A stretch of 64,000 nt of DNA, taken from assembly GCA_963695095.1 (NCBI GenBank), contig CAVOFT010000001.1, positions 2,048,001-2,112,000 of the forward strand, read 5' to 3'. Origin of the DNA: an uncultured bacterium (GTDB lineage: Bacteria > Krumholzibacteriota > Krumholzibacteriia > JACNKJ01). The notes beneath the pieces were generated by a model that was given only the letters and a program-made list of their open reading frames with translations, ran no database searches and was not told the origin of the DNA. Below are positions 60,988 through 64,000 of the stretch, piece by piece (within the stretch, counting starts at the first letter, position 1; every line of letters starts with the position of its first letter). Position numbers and translations under genes: made by a program.

Positions 60988-63453
60988 TCAGCCGCCCAAC
61001 GGAAGCGTGTAGCCCTGATCGCGGAGTTCGAGTTCAGTGCTGTTGGCACTGGGATCCACGATGCGGGGCGTGATGAAGATGATCAGCTCGCGCTTGCTGT
61101 CATTGATGTTGCTATAGCCGAACAGGCGGCCGAGGATGGGCAGCTTGCCCAGGAAGGGCACGTCGCGGTTCAAGCTGCTGTCGCTGGACTTGATGAGCCC
61201 GGCGATCACGGCCGTGGAGCCGTTGTCGACCATCACGTTCGTCTTGCTCTCGCTCGTCGTGATGATGACGCCGCCCTGCACGGTGGCCTCGCTGGCCAGG
61301 TCGCTCACCTCGGTGAGCACCTGCATCAAGATCTTGCCGTCGGGGTTGATGTGCGGCGTGACCACCATCTTGATGCCGATCGTGGTGAGCTGCGTGATCG
61401 CGTTGCCCGCCTCGTCGGCGACGATGAGGGGAATCTTCTTGCCGACGAGGATGTTCGCCTCGCGGTTGTCCATCGTCGTCACGCGCGGCGTGCTGATGAT
61501 GTTCGCCTTGTTCTCCAGCTCCAGCGCCTGCAGGGCGACGTTCAGCTCGCCCCAGCTGCGCACGACGCCGAGCTTCACGTCGGCCACCGGACTGGCGAAG
61601 CTCCCGTCCACGCTGGCGTTGCCGGCCACGCCGGCGTCCGTGTTGGCCAGGTTGAGCGCATCCCAGCGGACGCCCAGGTCCCGGCTCGCGCGGTAGTCGA
61701 GGTCGACGATGCGCGCCGTGATCTCTACCTGGGGCATCAGCAGATCGAGCTGCTGGGCCAGGCTGACCACCATCTGCACGTTCTCCGGCAAGTCGGTGAC
61801 GAGGATGGCGTTCGTGCGATCGTCCACGTCCATCTTGCCGCGCTCGGAGAGCATCTTCGACAGGGGATCGGTCAGCTCGCCGGCCACGGCATAGGAGAGC
61901 TTGATCACCTGGGTTTCCAGGGGCCGGTACTCGCTGCGCTTGCGCTCGGCCGTGAGCAGCTCCATCTCTTCCTGGAGCAGGCTGCTGCGAGGCGCCACGC
62001 GCAGGACGCCGTACTCTTCCTTCACGGTGTAGCCGTTGGCGCTGCAGACGGCCGCCAGGGCCTTGCGCCAGGGCACGCTGGTCAGGTGCACGGAGACCTT
62101 GCCCTGCACTTCCTTGCCCGAGATGATGTTGACGCCGGCGAACTCGGAGAAGGCATGGAGCAGGGTGCGGAACTCGGCGCCGCGCATCTCCAGCGTGATC
62201 AGCGCCTCGTCGCTCTTCGCCCGGCGCTGGCCGCTGAGCAGCAGCGCATCGGGCGCGCGCTCGCTCTTGGCGACCGGAGCCTTTTCGGCCTGGGCCACCT
62301 GCACGGTCCGCGTGAAGGCGGGCGCCTGCACCGGGCTCGCCCCGATCTCCTCGGCGCCTGCCGCGAGGGTCAATTCGCGGCCGAGATCCGGGGCCGTCGA
62401 CCTGGCGGCCGCAGCGCTGGGAGCCGTGGCTGCCGCGCCGGAGGCCGCTGCCGGGGCCGTACTCGCCTTGTTCTCGCTCGCCGCCGCCTGCGCGATCGAC
62501 GCAGCGGGCGCGGGCTTGCTCACGGCATCCGGCAGGCTGGCACCGGTACTGCCGCCACTCACTGCCGCCGCGGCAACAGCGACCGGCGCTGCGGTCTGCT
62601 TGGCGGCCGGGCTGGCCGCGCCGGCGGCCGGCGCCTCGAAGGGATCGCTGGCCACGAAGATGGGATCGCTCGCGAACATGAGCGTCGCCGGATCGGCGGC
62701 GACGGTCTCGCTCTCGCCATCGCTCAGGCGCGCGAACTCATCGTTCGCCGTGTTCGCAGTCGCGGCGGCCTGCTTTGCGGCCGCCGCCTCCCAGGCCGGG
62801 GGCGCCGGGTCCTCGCGACCGAGATCGGCAGCCGGCGCGGACTGCGCGGACGCGGGCAGGGAGACCTCGGGCAGCGCTTCGGCGAGCGGCAGGGTACTCA
62901 TGTCGATCAGCGAGGCGCGGCTGAGGGCCGGCGCTGCGCTGGCCGCTGCCGCCGTGGCCGTTCCCTCCACGGGCGCCGGGCTCGCCGCCGCCTTGGCCGG
63001 CGGCGAACTGACCGCGGCTTCCTTCGGCGCTGCGCTCGGCGCGCTGCGCTCGCTCGTGGCGGCCTGACTGCTCGCCGGACTCAACACGAGGCGCAGCGAG
63101 CGGTCGCCCGCCTCGGTGAGGAAGTTCTGCGCGAGCGAAAGGTCGAGGACGACGCGCGTCTTGAGACCGCCCGGCTCCTCCGGCTCATTCTGGCCGACGC
63201 GGATGCCCGAGAGGGCGCCACTGCCGGGATAGGCGGCCTGGGCGAGCCCGGTTCGCACGCCGGGGAAATCCAGCACGATCCGGTCGGGCCCTTCCATCAC
63301 CAGGCTCCGGCTCTCGAAGGGGCCGTCGAAGCCGAGGATCAGCACGCCGTCCTCCCAGACCAGGGAGTCGAGCAGCGTGGCCGCCTCGGCCAAGGGGCCG
63401 GTGCAGGCCAGGATGGCCAGCAGGCCGGCGATCCTCAAGGTCTTGACGAGCAT
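60988..63453 (-). CDS. pilQ: type IV pilus secretin PilQ (AMIN domain, long linker, N domains, secretin)
   Basis: PDRIVLDF/IRVGQ/TRVVLDL AMIN motifs, VPWRKAL, DDRTNAILV, PQVEITARIV, VPFLGKLPILGRLF, ELIIFITPRIV. Confidence 0.93.
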   Translation of the reverse strand: MLVKTLRIAGLLAILACTGPLAEAATLLDSLVWEDGVLILGFDGPFESRSLVMEGPDRIVLDFPGVRTGLAQAAYPGSGALSGIRVGQNEPEEPGGLKTRVVLDLSLAQNFLTEAGDRSLRLVLSPASSQAATSERSAPSAAPKEAAVSSPPAKAAASPAPVEGTATAAAASAAPALSRASLIDMSTLPLAEALPEVSLPASAQSAPAADLGREDPAPPAWEAAAAKQAAATANTANDEFARLSDGESETVAADPATLMFASDPIFVASDPFEAPAAGAASPAAKQTAAPVAVAAAAVSGGSTGASLPDAVSKPAPAASIAQAAASENKASTAPAAASGAAATAPSAAAARSTAPDLGRELTLAAGAEEIGASPVQAPAFTRTVQVAQAEKAPVAKSERAPDALLLSGQRRAKSDEALITLEMRGAEFRTLLHAFSEFAGVNIISGKEVQGKVSVHLTSVPWRKALAAVCSANGYTVKEEYGVLRVAPRSSLLQEEMELLTAERKRSEYRPLETQVIKLSYAVAGELTDPLSKMLSERGKMDVDDRTNAILVTDLPENVQMVVSLAQQLDLLMPQVEITARIVDLDYRASRDLGVRWDALNLANTDAGVAGNASVDGSFASPVADVKLGVVRSWGELNVALQALELENKANIISTPRVTTMDNREANILVGKKIPLIVADEAGNAITQLTTIGIKMVVTPHINPDGKILMQVLTEVSDLASEATVQGGVIITTSESKTNVMVDNGSTAVIAGLIKSSDSSLNRDVPFLGKLPILGRLFGYSNINDSKRELIIFITPRIVDPSANSTELELRDQGYTLPLGG

Positions 63454-63454
63454 C

Positions 63455-63889
63455 TCACTCTCCTTCCTTGGCGAGCTCAAGACGGACCTGCTGCCGCGAG
63501 TCGCCGTTGCGCATCCAGGCGATGAGGGCCGCCTCGTCGATGCCGGTGACGCTGCCGCCCTCAATGGGATCGCCCTTGGCCAGGGCATAGCTGTCGCCAT
63601 TTTCATCCTCCACCAGCGCGATGTAGCCGCCGGGCAGGCGCACGATCCCCACGAGCTTGGCGCTGCGCAGGTCGAGCTCCGCCGTGGAACGCTTGTTGCC
63701 CGCGCTGTAGTCGGGCAACTCGAAGGGATCGCGGCCGAGGTTCGCCTGGTAGGGCACCGAGCGCAGCTGCAAGCTCTGCAGCGAGGGATCCGCCGCCGCG
63801 GGTTCCTCCTGGGCGCCGGCCGCCGTTGCCAGCGTGAGGCTCAGCAGCGCCATGAGCACCGCGAGCCGGCCGAGGTCAGTGCGACGCAT
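63455..63889 (-). CDS. PilP-like pilus assembly protein
   Basis: RDPF motif, LVGIV...ALVED..G..Y...GD; directly upstream of pilQ. Confidence 0.75.
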   Translation of the reverse strand: MRRTDLGRLAVLMALLSLTLATAAGAQEEPAAADPSLQSLQLRSVPYQANLGRDPFELPDYSAGNKRSTAELDLRSAKLVGIVRLPGGYIALVEDENGDSYALAKGDPIEGGSVTGIDEAALIAWMRNGDSRQQVRLELAKEGE

Positions 63890-64000
63890 TGCGCGCCTCC
63901 TTGCTGGCGGCCGCCGTCTTGCTGGCGGCGGCCTTCGTATTCGCAGCCGTGCCGCCGGCGGCCTTCGCTCTTGGCGCCGGGGCTTCCGCCACGGTCGCCA
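63876..64000 (-). CDS. C-terminal Ala/Lys-rich tail of an upstream gene (PilO by synteny only)
   Basis: Open frame ...KAAASKTAAASKEARNASH-stop, overlapping the pilP start. Identity inferred from pilMNOPQ order. Confidence 0.45.
   Translation of the reverse strand, partial: ATVAEAPAPRAKAAGGTAANTKAAASKTAAASKEARNASH

Overview
A very GC-rich chromosomal window from a diderm, LPS-making bacterium (bamD, hldE, lipid A acyltransferase). It is densely packed with mostly minus-strand housekeeping genes: lysS, prfB with its programmed +1 frameshift, coaE-polA-nadD-bamD, rimO-ftsK-accC/accB, aroQ/aroB/aroK/aroC, an ECF sigma/anti-sigma pair, tatA, rnc-fabF-acpP-fabG-fabD-fabH-plsX-rpmF, ndk-sucCD-hldE, dprA, obgE, coaD-rsmD and pilQ/pilP. 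Gene content (DUF4837-like lipoprotein, FlgD/T9SS-like C-terminal domain, PorV-like barrel, short SWxxxKALY tail) suggests a non-Bacteroidota FCB-type lineage such as Krumholzibacteriota/Latescibacterota; this is inference. Main points of interest: (1) a plus-strand cassette at 28778-36222 of barrel, then a ~1680-aa repetitive surface protein with a ZU5-like HFS autoproteolysis motif just before a T9SS-like CTD, then a PorV-like barrel; (2) a secreted protein ending in a short candidate sorting tail; (3) two genes (rnc and an ABC exporter) whose best-supported start codon is ATC, plus several leaderless-looking genes; (4) a PilT/PilU gene between accB and accC, and a PilQ with a ~290-aa low-complexity linker. 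Six single-base frameshifts, two of them in essential obgE, look like assembly errors. I recognised no CRISPR array, tRNA/rRNA or transposase. All family calls are by-eye motif recognition, not database searches.
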